A stretch of 64,000 bases of DNA from a bacterium (GCA_030431455.1 JAUIJE010000002.1:129294-193293); one strand, 5' to 3'; counted from the first letter of the stretch, positions 29,187-38,671 are shown. A program made the numbers and translations. Notes: generated from the letters alone by a model not told the origin.

Positions 29187-30263
29187 ATGTCCCCAGCGCC
29201 GATCGTTTTTGCCCCCGTGTCCGAGCTCATCGAAGAGCTCAAAGCCGGTCGCATGATCATCCTCGTCGACGACGAGGACCGTGAAAACGAAGGCGACTTT
29301 GTGGTCGCGGCGGAGCTGATCACCCCCGCCCAGGTCGTACACATGAACCGCGAGGCGAGCGGGATCATCACCACCCCCATGCCGAAGGATTGGCTCGCCC
29401 GCCTCCAGATTCCCGCCATGGTGCAGGACAACACGGAGAACATGCGCACCGCCTTCACCGTCACCGTCGACGCCAAACAGGGCATCAGCACCGGCAGCTC
29501 CGCCCACGACCGCGTCTACACCATGCGAAGGCTCGCCGATCCCGACGCCACCGCCGACGAGTTTGTGCGCCCCGGCCACATCAACCCGCTGATCGTGCGC
29601 GAAGGCGGCGTGCTCAAACGCGCCGGCCACACCGAAGCGAGCCATGACCTGCTGCAACGCGCCGGGCTCTCCCCCGTGGCCGTGCTCTGTGAAATCATGG
29701 GCGACGACGGCGAGATGCTCCGCCTGCCCCAGCTGCGCGCCCTCGCGGACAAGCTCTCGCTCAAGCTCGGCTCGATCGCGGACGTCATCCGCCACCGGCT
29801 CATGACCGAACAGCTCGTCGAGCGGGTCGAGACCCACCCCCTCGAGACGCGATTTGGGCCGCTGTCGGTGCACACCTTTCACAGCACCGTCGACGTCGGC
29901 CGCTACACCGCGTTTGTGCACGGCACCCCGTCCGCCGACGTGCCCACCCTCGTGCGCATGCACGCGGGCAGCCTGACCGGGGACTTGCTCGGGCTGCTCT
30001 CGGGCCAGACCAAAAGCACCGTCACGGCGGCGTTCGAACGGTTGACCCAAGAGCCCGCCGGGGTCCTGCTCTACATCGAACGCGACCCGCACACCGCCAT
30101 GGACGACCGCGATTACGGCATCGGGGCGCAGATCCTGCGCGACCTCGGCCTGCAAAAGCTGCGGCTGCTCACCGACCACCCCAAACGCCGCGCGGGCCTC
30201 GAGGGCTTCGGCCTCGAGGTCACCGAGCACGTGTCCTTGCTCGGTGACGCCTCACGGGATTGA
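29187..30263 (+). CDS. ribB: 3,4-dihydroxy-2-butanone-4-phosphate synthase (RibB) fused to a GTP-cyclohydrolase-II-like C-terminal domain that lacks the zinc-binding cysteines.
   Basis: RBS GGCAGGAGG. IILVDDEDRENEGDFVVAAE and GHTEAS are DHBP-synthase signatures. The C-terminal approximately 150 aa aligns in spirit to RibA but has no CxxGxxxxxxRCxC motif, so it is likely non-catalytic. Confidence 0.75.
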   Translation: MSPAPIVFAPVSELIEELKAGRMIILVDDEDRENEGDFVVAAELITPAQVVHMNREASGIITTPMPKDWLARLQIPAMVQDNTENMRTAFTVTVDAKQGISTGSSAHDRVYTMRRLADPDATADEFVRPGHINPLIVREGGVLKRAGHTEASHDLLQRAGLSPVAVLCEIMGDDGEMLRLPQLRALADKLSLKLGSIADVIRHRLMTEQLVERVETHPLETRFGPLSVHTFHSTVDVGRYTAFVHGTPSADVPTLVRMHAGSLTGDLLGLLSGQTKSTVTAAFERLTQEPAGVLLYIERDPHTAMDDRDYGIGAQILRDLGLQKLRLLTDHPKRRAGLEGFGLEVTEHVSLLGDASRD

Positions 30264-31198
30264 GCACGTCGGTGAACGATTCCGTCGGTTTTTCGGAACC
30301 CTCCCGTTCGGTCGCTGCGTCGACGGGCTGCAACACCCTTCAACTGGACGGCGTCCGCCTCCAAGCCAGACTCGCGGGCCAAGGTCCGCCGATCCTGCTG
30401 CTGCACGGTTATCCGGAGAGCCATCTGGCTTGGCGCCACATCATCGGTGAGCTCTCCCAGGAGAACCGCGTCGTTGCCCCCGACTGGTGCGGCTGGGGGG
30501 ACTCTGAACGACGACTCGATCTCGATCATACCTTCGCAGGTGAAGTGGCCCGACTCGCCCGCTTGATCAAGCTCCTTGGCCTCGAGAGGGCGACGGTGGT
30601 GGGACACGACTACGGCGGCCTCCTCGCCCTCGGGCTCACCATCCGGCACCCGGACCTCGTGGGTCGACTGGCCCTCTTGAACACCCGCGCCCACCGTACG
30701 TTCCCCCATCTGTTTTTCCTGGCCACGGCCCTGACCTGCTGGTTGGCGCGTACGCCGCTGCTCTGGCACCTGATTCGTGTGCTTCCTCTTCGGTTTTTTC
30801 ACGAGGTGGGCTTCCGCATGTTCATGGGCCGCCAACACCTCGAGCCGGCAGCGCTCGATCACTATGTGGGGTGGCTCTCCACAGATGTGGGCAAGAGGTG
30901 GTACGCGCGGTTCTTCGCGCAGTACCAGGTGATGCCCCATGAGGAACTCAAGAAGGGGCTCCACCACATCTGCGTGCCGACCGCGGTCATCTGGGGTGAT
31001 CGCGACGCCTGGGCGCCCCCAGCCGTGGCGCGCCAACTCGCCCAGAGAATCCCTGGCGCCGAGCTCACGTGGATTCGAGGCGGCCGCCATTTCATTCTCG
31101 AAGAACATCCGACCGATGTCGTGCGAGGCATCAAGGCCCTGCTCCGTCGTGACCCCGGTTTGGCGCCCCCCCCGATGCGTGACCTGACCCGCACCTGA
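30260..31198 (+). CDS. Alpha/beta-hydrolase of the epoxide hydrolase / haloalkane dehalogenase type (Asp nucleophile).
   Basis: LLLHGYPES (HGxP oxyanion motif) and VGHDYGG (the HDxG nucleophile elbow typical of epoxide hydrolases). The TTG start at 30260 overlaps the ribB stop; a later GTG start is possible. Confidence 0.65.
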   Translation: MSTSVNDSVGFSEPSRSVAASTGCNTLQLDGVRLQARLAGQGPPILLLHGYPESHLAWRHIIGELSQENRVVAPDWCGWGDSERRLDLDHTFAGEVARLARLIKLLGLERATVVGHDYGGLLALGLTIRHPDLVGRLALLNTRAHRTFPHLFFLATALTCWLARTPLLWHLIRVLPLRFFHEVGFRMFMGRQHLEPAALDHYVGWLSTDVGKRWYARFFAQYQVMPHEELKKGLHHICVPTAVIWGDRDAWAPPAVARQLAQRIPGAELTWIRGGRHFILEEHPTDVVRGIKALLRRDPGLAPPPMRDLTRT

Positions 31199-31258
31199 CC
31201 CGCGCCGAACCACGGGGCCGGTCTTGTCACGTCCGCTGTGGCATGCTGCGTTCGCGCC

Positions 31259-32620
31259 ATGGCCGACCTGCACGTGCTCATCGTCGATGACGACCGCGCC
31301 CTGCGCCTGGCGCTGGGCAAAGCGCTGCGCCGCAAGGGCTGCACCGTGTCCGAGGCCCAAGACGGTGAAGAGGCCGTCACCCCCCTGTCCGAGGGCGAGA
31401 CCGGCGGCGCGACCATCGACGTCTGTGTGCTCGACTTGAAAATGCCGCGCCTCGACGGGCTGGGCGTGCTGCGCAAGACCGTGGGCCGCCGGGTCCCGGT
31501 GGTGGTCCTGACCGGGCACGGCTCCATCGACGACGCGGTGGAGGCCATGCGCCTCGGGGCGAACAACTTCCTCCAAAAACCCGTCGACGCCGACGAGCTG
31601 TTGCCCGTGCTGCAACAAGCCGCGGGGGAGCCCGCGGCGGCGGACCGCATCCTCGGCGAGAGCGAGGCGATGGAGACCTTCCGCGAGCAGCTCGACCGGG
31701 CCGCGCAATCCGAAGAGCCCGTGCTGCTCCTCGGCGAGACCGGGACGGGCAAAGAGCTCGCCGCGCGGCGCTTGCACGAGATGAGCAAGAACCACGCGGG
31801 CCCGTTCATCGCGTTCAACGCCGCGTGCGTGCCCCGGGAGCTGTTCGAGAGCGAGCTGTTCGGTCACAAAAAGGGCGCGTTCACCGGGGCGAGCGAAAAA
31901 CGCGAGGGGCTGTTGGCCGAGGCGGGCGGGGGCACCCTGTTCATCGACGAGATCGGTGACCTCCCGGTCGACGCCCAGGCCAAGCTGCTGCGCGCCATCG
32001 AGGAGCGCCGGTTCCGGCCCGTGGGCAGCGACGTCGAGCGGCCGTTCCGCGCGCGCTTGTGCGCGGCCACCCACCAGGCTCTGCCCAAAATGGTCGAGGA
32101 GGGCACGTTCCGGGCGGACTTGTTCTACCGGCTCGGGGTCGTGCCCTTGCGCATCCCCCCGTTGCGGGAGCGCAGCGACGACATGCTGGTGATCGCCAAG
32201 TCCTGGCTGCAGCAACTCAGCCGCGACGGCCGTACACTGACATTGTCCCCCGAGGCCGAGGCCCGCATGCGGCGCCACCCCTTCCCCGGCAACGTGCGGG
32301 AGTTGATCAACCTGATGAAGCGGGCCGCGATCTTGTCCCCCGACGACGTGATCGACGACGACGAGATCGAGCGCCTGCTCCAAGAAAACCCCTTCACGGT
32401 CTGGGCCCAGAAGCACGCTCCAGAGACATTGGAGACGGGGGCCGACGGGGAGCCCCACATGGCCGCGGGCGAGCGCGTCACCCTCGAAGAGCTGGAGAAG
32501 GCCCACATCCGGCGCCTGCTCGACGAGGTGAACAACATCTCCGAGGTCGCGCGCATCGTCGGCATCGACCGGCGCACGCTCCAGCGCAAAATGGTGGCCT
32601 GGGGCTTCCGCGACGACTGA
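31259..32620 (+). CDS. Sigma-54-dependent transcriptional activator (NtrC family: REC + AAA+ + Fis-type HTH).
   Basis: HVLIVDDDRALR...LDLKMPRLDG receiver. Walker A GETGTGKE. GAFTGA is the sigma54 contact. ESELFGH. C-terminal HTH EVNNISEVARIVGIDRRTLQRKM. Confidence 0.85.
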   Translation: MADLHVLIVDDDRALRLALGKALRRKGCTVSEAQDGEEAVTPLSEGETGGATIDVCVLDLKMPRLDGLGVLRKTVGRRVPVVVLTGHGSIDDAVEAMRLGANNFLQKPVDADELLPVLQQAAGEPAAADRILGESEAMETFREQLDRAAQSEEPVLLLGETGTGKELAARRLHEMSKNHAGPFIAFNAACVPRELFESELFGHKKGAFTGASEKREGLLAEAGGGTLFIDEIGDLPVDAQAKLLRAIEERRFRPVGSDVERPFRARLCAATHQALPKMVEEGTFRADLFYRLGVVPLRIPPLRERSDDMLVIAKSWLQQLSRDGRTLTLSPEAEARMRRHPFPGNVRELINLMKRAAILSPDDVIDDDEIERLLQENPFTVWAQKHAPETLETGADGEPHMAAGERVTLEELEKAHIRRLLDEVNNISEVARIVGIDRRTLQRKMVAWGFRDD

Positions 32621-32634
32621 CGCCGGGGCCCGGC

Positions 32635-34608
32635 TCAGGCCGGCGTGGTCACCTGTTGCAGGGCGTCGATGAGCGCATCGGGGGTAAAGGGCTTGGCCAA
32701 AAACCGCGTCGGGGCGGTGGCCTCGTCGAGCTCGAGCACCCCCCGGGCGTAGCCGCTCATCAACACCGCCGGCAAATGAGGCTGCACGTCGCGCAGGGCC
32801 TCGATGGTGCGGGTCCCGTCGAGACCGGGCATGGTCAAGTCCACCAGGGCCACGTCGAACCGGTCACGCCGGGCCAGGCGCAACGCCTCGGTCCCGTCCG
32901 GCGCCTCCGTCACCTCCATGCCCACCCGCCGCAGGGCCCGGGCGATCACCCGGCGCATGCGCGCCTCGTCGTCGACGACGAGCACGCGGAACGTGGCCGG
33001 GGGGGGGCCGCCGGGATCGACGGCCAGACCGCGCGGGGGCCAGGACGCGGCGGGGCGCTCGGCGAGCGGAAACACGCACGTCACCTCCGTGCCTTCCCCC
33101 CGGTGGCTCTCGAGCAAGATGCCCCCGCCCAGCCCGCGCACAATGCCCAGGCACGCGGGCAGGCCCAAACCCCGGCCTTCGCTCTTGGTGGTGAAAAACG
33201 GCTCAAACACGTGGCGCCGCACCCGGGGCTCGATGCCCATCCCGTTGTCCGCGACGCGCACGTACGCCACCGGCCCGGCCCCAAGCCCCTCGTGGGCCAT
33301 GTAGGCCTCGAGGCCGCTCTCGTCGAGGGTCAACACCCCGGTCTCGACCCGGATGCCCCCCGCGTTGCCGCGCAATGCCTCTGCAGCGTTGGTCACAAGG
33401 TTGACCAACAGCTGGCGCATCTGGTTGGTGTCGGTCTTGACCCAAGGTTGGCCCGGGCCCGCGGTGATGAACAATGACCCCCGGTGTTTGACCGCCATGC
33501 CCAAAAGTGACTGCATGTCCCCGACCACATCGGTGAGGTCGGTGGTGCGCAGGGCGAACTGGCCTTGGCCGGCGTAGGCCAACAACTGCTGGCACAGGTG
33601 GGCCGCGTCCATGATGTCATCTTGGACCTCGACCAACGTCTCGGCCATCTCCTCGCCGCTCAGGGCGTCCCGCGCTGCATGTACATTGCCGAGCACCCGG
33701 GCAAAGATGTTGTTGAAGTCGTGCGCCAGCCCCCCGGCCAGCGCCCCCAGGCTCTCCAGCCGCGCCGAAGCGTGCAGCTTCTCTTCCAGCTGCTGCCGGC
33801 GCTGCTCCTCGGCCCGCAGCTCGGTGACATCGTGCAAGATCGCCAGCACCTCGGTGACCGCACCCTCGTCGAGGGCAAAGGGCACGAACGACCCGTCCCA
33901 ATGTCTATGCCTCACGCCCTCGAACGAGGCGTCCACCCGGGGCTCCCCCGCGAACACCCTGTCCAGCACGTCCTGGACCCGGGGCCGATCCGCCGCCGCC
34001 ACCATCATCGGAAACGGCGTGCGCCGCGCCTCCTCGTCGGTCCAGTCGGGGGGCAGGTAGTTGTAGTACTTGACCAACCCGTCCCGGCCGAAGGTGCCCA
34101 CGATCACCGGCAAGGTCTCGAGGATGACGGCAAGCTGCGCCCCGGCGCTCATGCCCAGCGGGTGGTCGTCGCTCTCGCCGCGGGTCATGCGTTCGCCGGC
34201 GGTGAGCAGCGCGGTGACCTCCAGCGACGTGACCCGCACCCCCACCGGCCCGTCCGGGCCTTTGACCGGCTCGTAGCGCACCCGGAACACGCGCTCTTTG
34301 TCGCGCAGCCACAGCCGCGCGTCGTGCGTCGCCGACTCCCCCGCGAGGGCCCGGTCGATGTGCTCGGCGATGGTGCCCTCGAGGTCGGGGAACAAGTCCA
34401 CCGCGCGTTGGCCCACCGTCTCGCGCGCCGGCAACTCGAGCGCCCGGACCGCCGCGTCGTTGAGGAACACGATGCGTCCCGCCACGTCGAGCCCGCCGAC
34501 CAACACATCGGGGAGTTGCAGGAGGGCCCGGAGCCACGCCGCGTCGTCCTGCAGGGTCGACGCGCGAGGCTCCAGCTGCGCACCCCCCTTGCGCGTCATG
34601 CTGCCCAC
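32635..34608 (-). CDS. Hybrid sensor histidine kinase (PAS domains, HisKA, HATPase_c, C-terminal REC).
   Basis: H-box LAGGLAHDFNNIF. N-box LVTNAAEAL. G-boxes DNGMGI and GRGLGL. C-terminal receiver VLVVDDEARMRR...DLTMPGLDG...AKPF. Confidence 0.8.
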   Translation of the reverse strand: MGSMTRKGGAQLEPRASTLQDDAAWLRALLQLPDVLVGGLDVAGRIVFLNDAAVRALELPARETVGQRAVDLFPDLEGTIAEHIDRALAGESATHDARLWLRDKERVFRVRYEPVKGPDGPVGVRVTSLEVTALLTAGERMTRGESDDHPLGMSAGAQLAVILETLPVIVGTFGRDGLVKYYNYLPPDWTDEEARRTPFPMMVAAADRPRVQDVLDRVFAGEPRVDASFEGVRHRHWDGSFVPFALDEGAVTEVLAILHDVTELRAEEQRRQQLEEKLHASARLESLGALAGGLAHDFNNIFARVLGNVHAARDALSGEEMAETLVEVQDDIMDAAHLCQQLLAYAGQGQFALRTTDLTDVVGDMQSLLGMAVKHRGSLFITAGPGQPWVKTDTNQMRQLLVNLVTNAAEALRGNAGGIRVETGVLTLDESGLEAYMAHEGLGAGPVAYVRVADNGMGIEPRVRRHVFEPFFTTKSEGRGLGLPACLGIVRGLGGGILLESHRGEGTEVTCVFPLAERPAASWPPRGLAVDPGGPPPATFRVLVVDDEARMRRVIARALRRVGMEVTEAPDGTEALRLARRDRFDVALVDLTMPGLDGTRTIEALRDVQPHLPAVLMSGYARGVLELDEATAPTRFLAKPFTPDALIDALQQVTTPA

Positions 34609-34696
34609 GCGCGTATGGTGAAGCTTCCAAACGGCTTTGTCGACCGCGAAGAGGCTTGACGACCGCCGAAAAGGCCGTCAGAAATGGTGCCGCAGT

Positions 34697-34773
34697 GGTG
34701 GCTGTAGCTCAGTTGGTAGAGCACTGGATTGTGATTCCGGGAGTCGCGGGTTCAAGCCCCGTCAGCCACCCCA
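34697..34773 (+). tRNA. tRNA-His (anticodon GTG) with an encoded G-1 and CCA.
   Basis: GGTGGCTGTAGCTCAGTTGGTAGAGCACTGGATTGTGATTCCGGGAGTCGCGGGTTCAAGCCCCGTCAGCCACCCCA is a near-identical architecture to E. coli tRNA-His, with a cloverleaf, a 7-nt anticodon loop TTGTGAT and the T-arm GGTTCAAGCCC. Confidence 0.85.
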
Positions 34774-34948
34774 AACAACGTCCCGCGTGAGCGGGACGTT
34801 TTTTGTGGGGGCTGACGGGGCGCAGCCCGTCCCTCCTCGAAGAGGAGGCCAGCCACACCCAAACAACGTCCCGCGTGAGCGGGACGTTTTTTGTGGGGGC
34901 TGACGGGGCGCAGCCCGTCCCTCCTCGAAGAGGAGGCCAGCCACACCC
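34773..34948. repeat. Perfect 88-bp tandem duplication (34773-34860 and 34861-34948) immediately 3' of tRNA-His. Each unit carries an intrinsic terminator and a tRNA-3'-end-like CCAGCCACACCCAAA motif.
   Basis: The two units are identical when read side by side. A degenerate third copy (CACAACCCAAACACGTCCCGCGGAAGCGGGC) lies at about 35192-35225. Confidence 0.9.
34777..34804 (+). terminator. Rho-independent terminator, GC stem AACGTCCCGC/GCGGGACGTT with loop GTGA then T6. A second identical copy lies at 34865-34892.
   Basis: Perfect 10-bp stem plus U-tract directly after the tRNA. Confidence 0.8.
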
Positions 34949-34953
34949 AAATG

Positions 34954-34982
34954 AAAGCTCCGCTTCGGCGGAGCTTTTTTTT
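34954..34982 (+). terminator. Third rho-independent terminator, AAAGCTCCGC-TTCG-GCGGAGCTTT followed by T8.
   Basis: Perfect 10-bp stem with a tetraloop and U-tract. Confidence 0.8.
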
Positions 34983-35221
34983 GTGGGGGCGCGCCGGCGG
35001 AGCCGGCGACAGCGAGGAGGAAGCGGGCCCGCGCTTCCTCGACCAAGGCAACCGTCGCGCTCTCCCGGGGCGCCCACCCGAAGCGCCCCAACGCGAACCC
35101 GCGCCGCCGACGAGCGCCACCGGCAAGCCCATCGTCCCCGAAGGGGACGCCCGGGCCCGCAGGAGCGCACGGACCCACAGGGGCCGCCGGACACAACCCA
35201 AACACGTCCCGCGGAAGCGGG

Positions 35222-35746
35222 CTACACCAACGAAAGCTGCTCAGGCTTTTTCGGCCGCGTCCCGAGCAGCTGCCGGGCGAGGCTCGCCTCCCGCTTGAAA
35301 AAGCCCTCGGTGTGGAACGACTCGTCGAGCCCGTACACGGTGAAGTCCAGGTGGTGACACAGCTCGTGCAGCAACGTGCGCACGAACGACCGGAACGCGA
35401 CCGGGCGTTGGTGCACCGCGGTGCGCATCCAGGCGCGGATCACCGCGCGCTGGCCCTCTTCGGCTTCGTACAGGCCGTGCAGCTCGGCGTACTCGTCGTG
35501 CGGGCGGCGCGCGAGCACGCGGACGGTGACGGGCGGGGCCGCGAGCTGTTGGGTCAGGACCCGCACCAGCCGATGGCTGGCCTTCTGGGTGGCCCGCACG
35601 CTGTCCTCGTCGAGCCCCGCGGCCAAGAGCGCCAGCCAGGGCGCGGCCGCGGCCGGGTCTGGCACGTCGACGCTTGTGATCTTGTCGCTGCGCCGCACGA
35701 TGCGGCGCTCGGCCGGGCGCAGCTTTTTGTAATAGGCGAAGGCCAC
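35222..35746 (-). CDS. Putative zinc metallopeptidase (HExxH; SprT/DUF45-like).
   Basis: The C-terminal 174 aa of a longer track ORF carries LLHELCHHLDFTVYGLDESFHTEGF. The N-terminal two-thirds of the track ORF is antisense to a better-looking plus-strand gene and was trimmed to the GTG at 35746. Start and family are both uncertain. Confidence 0.35.
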   Translation of the reverse strand: MAFAYYKKLRPAERRIVRRSDKITSVDVPDPAAAAPWLALLAAGLDEDSVRATQKASHRLVRVLTQQLAAPPVTVRVLARRPHDEYAELHGLYEAEEGQRAVIRAWMRTAVHQRPVAFRSFVRTLLHELCHHLDFTVYGLDESFHTEGFFKREASLARQLLGTRPKKPEQLSLV

Positions 35747-35857
35747 GCCTGGCTTTCGCACGCGGGGCGGCGCCTGCCAATGTGACCGCGCCGACACCGG
35801 GCCTGAATCCCGCCGGGCGTCGCCGTCGTCCGAGCCCGCACAAGCCGGGAGGAACCG

Positions 35858-36493
35858 ATGCGCGTGGTGTGGTGTGGACTGTTTTTGACCTGCACAGGGA
35901 TGTTCGGCGCGGCCCCGGCCGCGGCCGAGGCGGGACCGGCCTTGTCGCTGGACAACCTCGTGCAACTCGAGCGGGTCGAGACCGCGCGGCACACCTTGCG
36001 GCGCGCGCGCATCGAACGCATCCGGGAGGTCGCCCAGCTCGGCCAGAACGAAGCCCTGCAAAAGCGCGCCGCGCGCCTCGATGCGCTCGAGGACTTGCGC
36101 CACACCGCGCGCACCGGCGCGCTCGCCCAAAAACGCAAAGAGCTGAGCGCGGGCGCCACGGTCTACGAGACCGCGCGCGACGCCCGCGAACGGGACCGCC
36201 TCCGCGCCGACCGCGTGCGCCGCCGCGCCGTGGGCATGAACTACGACGACGGCGCGGGGGAGCTGGCCGCGATCGCGGCGGTCCCCGACGCGGACGCCCG
36301 GCCGACGACCGGCACCGCCAAAGCCCACAAACGACAAAAACAAAAGACCCGCGCGCAGCCGGGCAAAAGCACCGCGCGCAAAGAGCGGGCCGCGCGCCAA
36401 GAGCGGGCCGCCCGCGAAAAGCCCGCCCCCAAAAGCGACCGCACGTCGCGCGGCAAGACCCCGGCGAAAAAGCGCAGCCGGTCCCAGCGCTGA
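35858..36493 (+). CDS. Hypothetical secreted, highly basic, coiled-coil-like protein.
   Basis: RBS GGGAGG. Signal MRVVWCGLFLTCTGMFGAAPAAAEA. The rest is rich in R/E/A/K with heptad-like spacing. Confidence 0.4.
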   Translation: MRVVWCGLFLTCTGMFGAAPAAAEAGPALSLDNLVQLERVETARHTLRRARIERIREVAQLGQNEALQKRAARLDALEDLRHTARTGALAQKRKELSAGATVYETARDARERDRLRADRVRRRAVGMNYDDGAGELAAIAAVPDADARPTTGTAKAHKRQKQKTRAQPGKSTARKERAARQERAAREKPAPKSDRTSRGKTPAKKRSRSQR

Positions 36494-36509
36494 CGCCGCG
36501 ACGCCCCGG

Positions 36510-37484
36510 TCACAGCCCGGCGATGTACAGGGACAAACGCTGCAATGTCTCTGCATCAAAGAACGGGCCGCCCTGGGGCATCCGGTTGCCGATCCCCCCG
36601 ACGTCGGCCTGGGTGCCTTCGACCTTGCGGTAGAGATAGCTGTCCGCGGGCGAGCCCGGCTCGATGTAATCGAGCAACGAGCCGTTCGAGAGCACGTCGA
36701 TCACCGCGGTGTGGTCGTCGAGCGTGAGCCCGCCCGACAGGCCCCCGCCGATGTGACAGGGGGTGCAGTTGTTGTCCAACAAGGTCTGGACCTCGACCGC
36801 GGAAAACGCCTGACAGGCCAGATCCGCGGCGCAGTCCGGGTCGTCACAGTCGACGGCGTTGTCCCCATCGTTGTCCACCCCGTCGACACAGTCTTCGACC
36901 GGCCCCGCGTCCGGCCCGTCGATGACATCGGGCAAACCCGCGTCCAACCCCGCGTCGGGCAAATCGATCACATCGGGCAAACCCGCGTCGAGGCCCGCGT
37001 CGGGCAGGTCGATCACATCGGGCAAACCCGCATCGAGTCCGTTGACCACGTCGGGCAGACCCGCGTCCAACCCCGCGTCCGGGTCGCCATCGCCGTCGCC
37101 GTCGCCGTCCCCATCTCCGTCCCCGTCCCCGTCACCGTCGCCGTCACCGTCCCCATCCCCATCGCCATCTCCGTCCCCGTCGCCATCCCCATCGCCGTCC
37201 CCGTCCCCGTCTCCGTCCCCATCGCCGTCGCCGTCGCCATCTCCGTCACCGTCGCCGTCGCCGTCGCCGTCCCCATCTCCGTCCCCGTCCCCGTCGCCGT
37301 CACCGTCGCCGTCCCCATCTCCGTCACCGTCGCCGTCGCCAAACGACACGCATTGGCCATCCAGGTTGCACACTTCGCCCGCGGCGCAATCTTCGGAGGT
37401 GGCGCACGTGCCGCACCCCAGACTGGCCACCAGCCAGATCGCCAAAGCCAGTCCCCCCAACAACCGCAGCGCGCGAATGGTCAT
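36510..37484 (-). CDS. Lipoprotein with an approximately 80-unit poly(Asp-Gly) linker, DAGLPDVID repeats and a C-terminal c-type cytochrome-like (CxxCH) domain.
   Basis: Lipobox ...WLVASLGCGTC. About 250 nt of (GACGGN)n. C-terminal NNCTPCHIGGGLSGGLTL resembles the Planctomycete cytochrome-c (PSCyt1) domain. Confidence 0.6.
   Translation of the reverse strand: MTIRALRLLGGLALAIWLVASLGCGTCATSEDCAAGEVCNLDGQCVSFGDGDGDGDGDGDGDGDGDGDGDGDGDGDGDGDGDGDGDGDGDGDGDGDGDGDGDGDGDGDGDGDGDGDGDGDGDGDGDGDGDGDGDPDAGLDAGLPDVVNGLDAGLPDVIDLPDAGLDAGLPDVIDLPDAGLDAGLPDVIDGPDAGPVEDCVDGVDNDGDNAVDCDDPDCAADLACQAFSAVEVQTLLDNNCTPCHIGGGLSGGLTLDDHTAVIDVLSNGSLLDYIEPGSPADSYLYRKVEGTQADVGGIGNRMPQGGPFFDAETLQRLSLYIAGL
37084..37340. 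repeat. Long hexanucleotide microsatellite (GNCGTC/GACGGN)n encoding poly(Asp-Gly).
   Basis: Uninterrupted ccgtcgccgtcgccatc... run visible in the sequence. Confidence 0.9.
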
Positions 37485-37740
37485 GCGTCACTCCCCCTGT
37501 TTGTCCCCCCATCGTACCCGAGGCGCGCGGTGGCTCGCCCGGGTGCCTCTCCCGCCGCCCGGCGCGGCGTGGCTGTGCCTTTTCGCCCGCGCCGACCGGT
37601 GCGCTTCACCCGGCCGTCGCGCGCCCCACACACCTTTTTCACACCGCCTATCTCCGCAGGAATGTTCGCGTTTCTGCCATCTGTGCTTGTCGGGTGGGGC
37701 TCTGCCCCGTAGGGTGCGCCAAACGATTTATGGGGACCCG

Positions 37741-38646
37741 ATGACTTTCTTCCGCTATTCGGCCGATCGCCTCCCCTACGCCCTGTTTGCGAGCTACTTC
37801 GCCCTCGACGTGGCGCTGTTTTTCACCGTCGACAACCTGTGGGCCCCGCCGATCATCTTCGTCATCGGCTTCTTCCCCAAAGCGTTCATCTGCGCGTTCA
37901 ACCACCATCACCAGCATTTGCCGACCTTCTACCAGCCGGTGCTCAACCGCTTGGCGGAGATCATGTTCGGCTTCCAGACCGGCATCGGTCCCTATGCATG
38001 GTATCTGCACCACTCGCGCGGCCACCACGAGCACTACCTCGACCAGACCAAAGACGAGTCCGCGTGGATGCGCAAAGACGGCTCGACCATGGGCGAGTTC
38101 GAGTACACCATCAACGTGGCCGCCACCGCCTACTGGCGCGCGTACAAGCGCGGCGATGACCTGCCCAAGAAGCAGGCCGCCTTCGTCGCCATGAACAGCC
38201 TGATGCTCGCCCTCGTCGTCGGCGCGTTCGTCTACAACTGGTACAACGCGCTGTTCATGGTTTTGTTGCCGATGGTGGCGTCGCTGCTCATCACGGTGTG
38301 GGTGACCTACTACCACCACCGCGGCCTCGACACCGGCGATCACTTTTCCGGCTCGTACAACATCACCACCCCGCTGTTTAACACCCTGACCGGCAACCTC
38401 GGCTACCACACCGCGCACCACTACCGCCCGGGCGTGCACTGGTCGAAGCTCCCCGAGCTGCACGAGAAGATCAAAGACAAGATCCCCGCCCACTGCTACC
38501 GCGACGGCGCGGTGCTCGGCGGGCTCGTGGCCCGCCGCCGGGCCAAAAAAGAGCGCGAGCGTCGTCGCAAAGAGCGCCGGCGCAACCCCGGCGTGGCCGC
38601 CCCGGTCGGCGCCCGCAGCGACGACAGCGAGCGCTTGGCCGCCTGA
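37741..38646 (+). CDS. Membrane fatty-acid desaturase family protein (three His boxes). Could be a sphingolipid, acyl-lipid desaturase or CrtW-type ketolase.
   Basis: NHHHQH, HSRGHHEHY and HTAHHYRP His-boxes with intervening hydrophobic helices. An RRRAKKERERRRKERRR tail follows. Confidence 0.75.
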   Translation: MTFFRYSADRLPYALFASYFALDVALFFTVDNLWAPPIIFVIGFFPKAFICAFNHHHQHLPTFYQPVLNRLAEIMFGFQTGIGPYAWYLHHSRGHHEHYLDQTKDESAWMRKDGSTMGEFEYTINVAATAYWRAYKRGDDLPKKQAAFVAMNSLMLALVVGAFVYNWYNALFMVLLPMVASLLITVWVTYYHHRGLDTGDHFSGSYNITTPLFNTLTGNLGYHTAHHYRPGVHWSKLPELHEKIKDKIPAHCYRDGAVLGGLVARRRAKKERERRRKERRRNPGVAAPVGARSDDSERLAA

Positions 38647-38671
38647 GCGCGGCTTGGGTTAGGCTTGCGGC

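Noticed and set aside
35222-36559. Full 445-aa minus-strand ORF as a single gene
   Set aside because: Its N-terminal 270 aa is low-complexity and overlaps antisense to a plus-strand ORF (35858-36493) that has an RBS and signal peptide. Only the C-terminal HExxH-containing part was kept.
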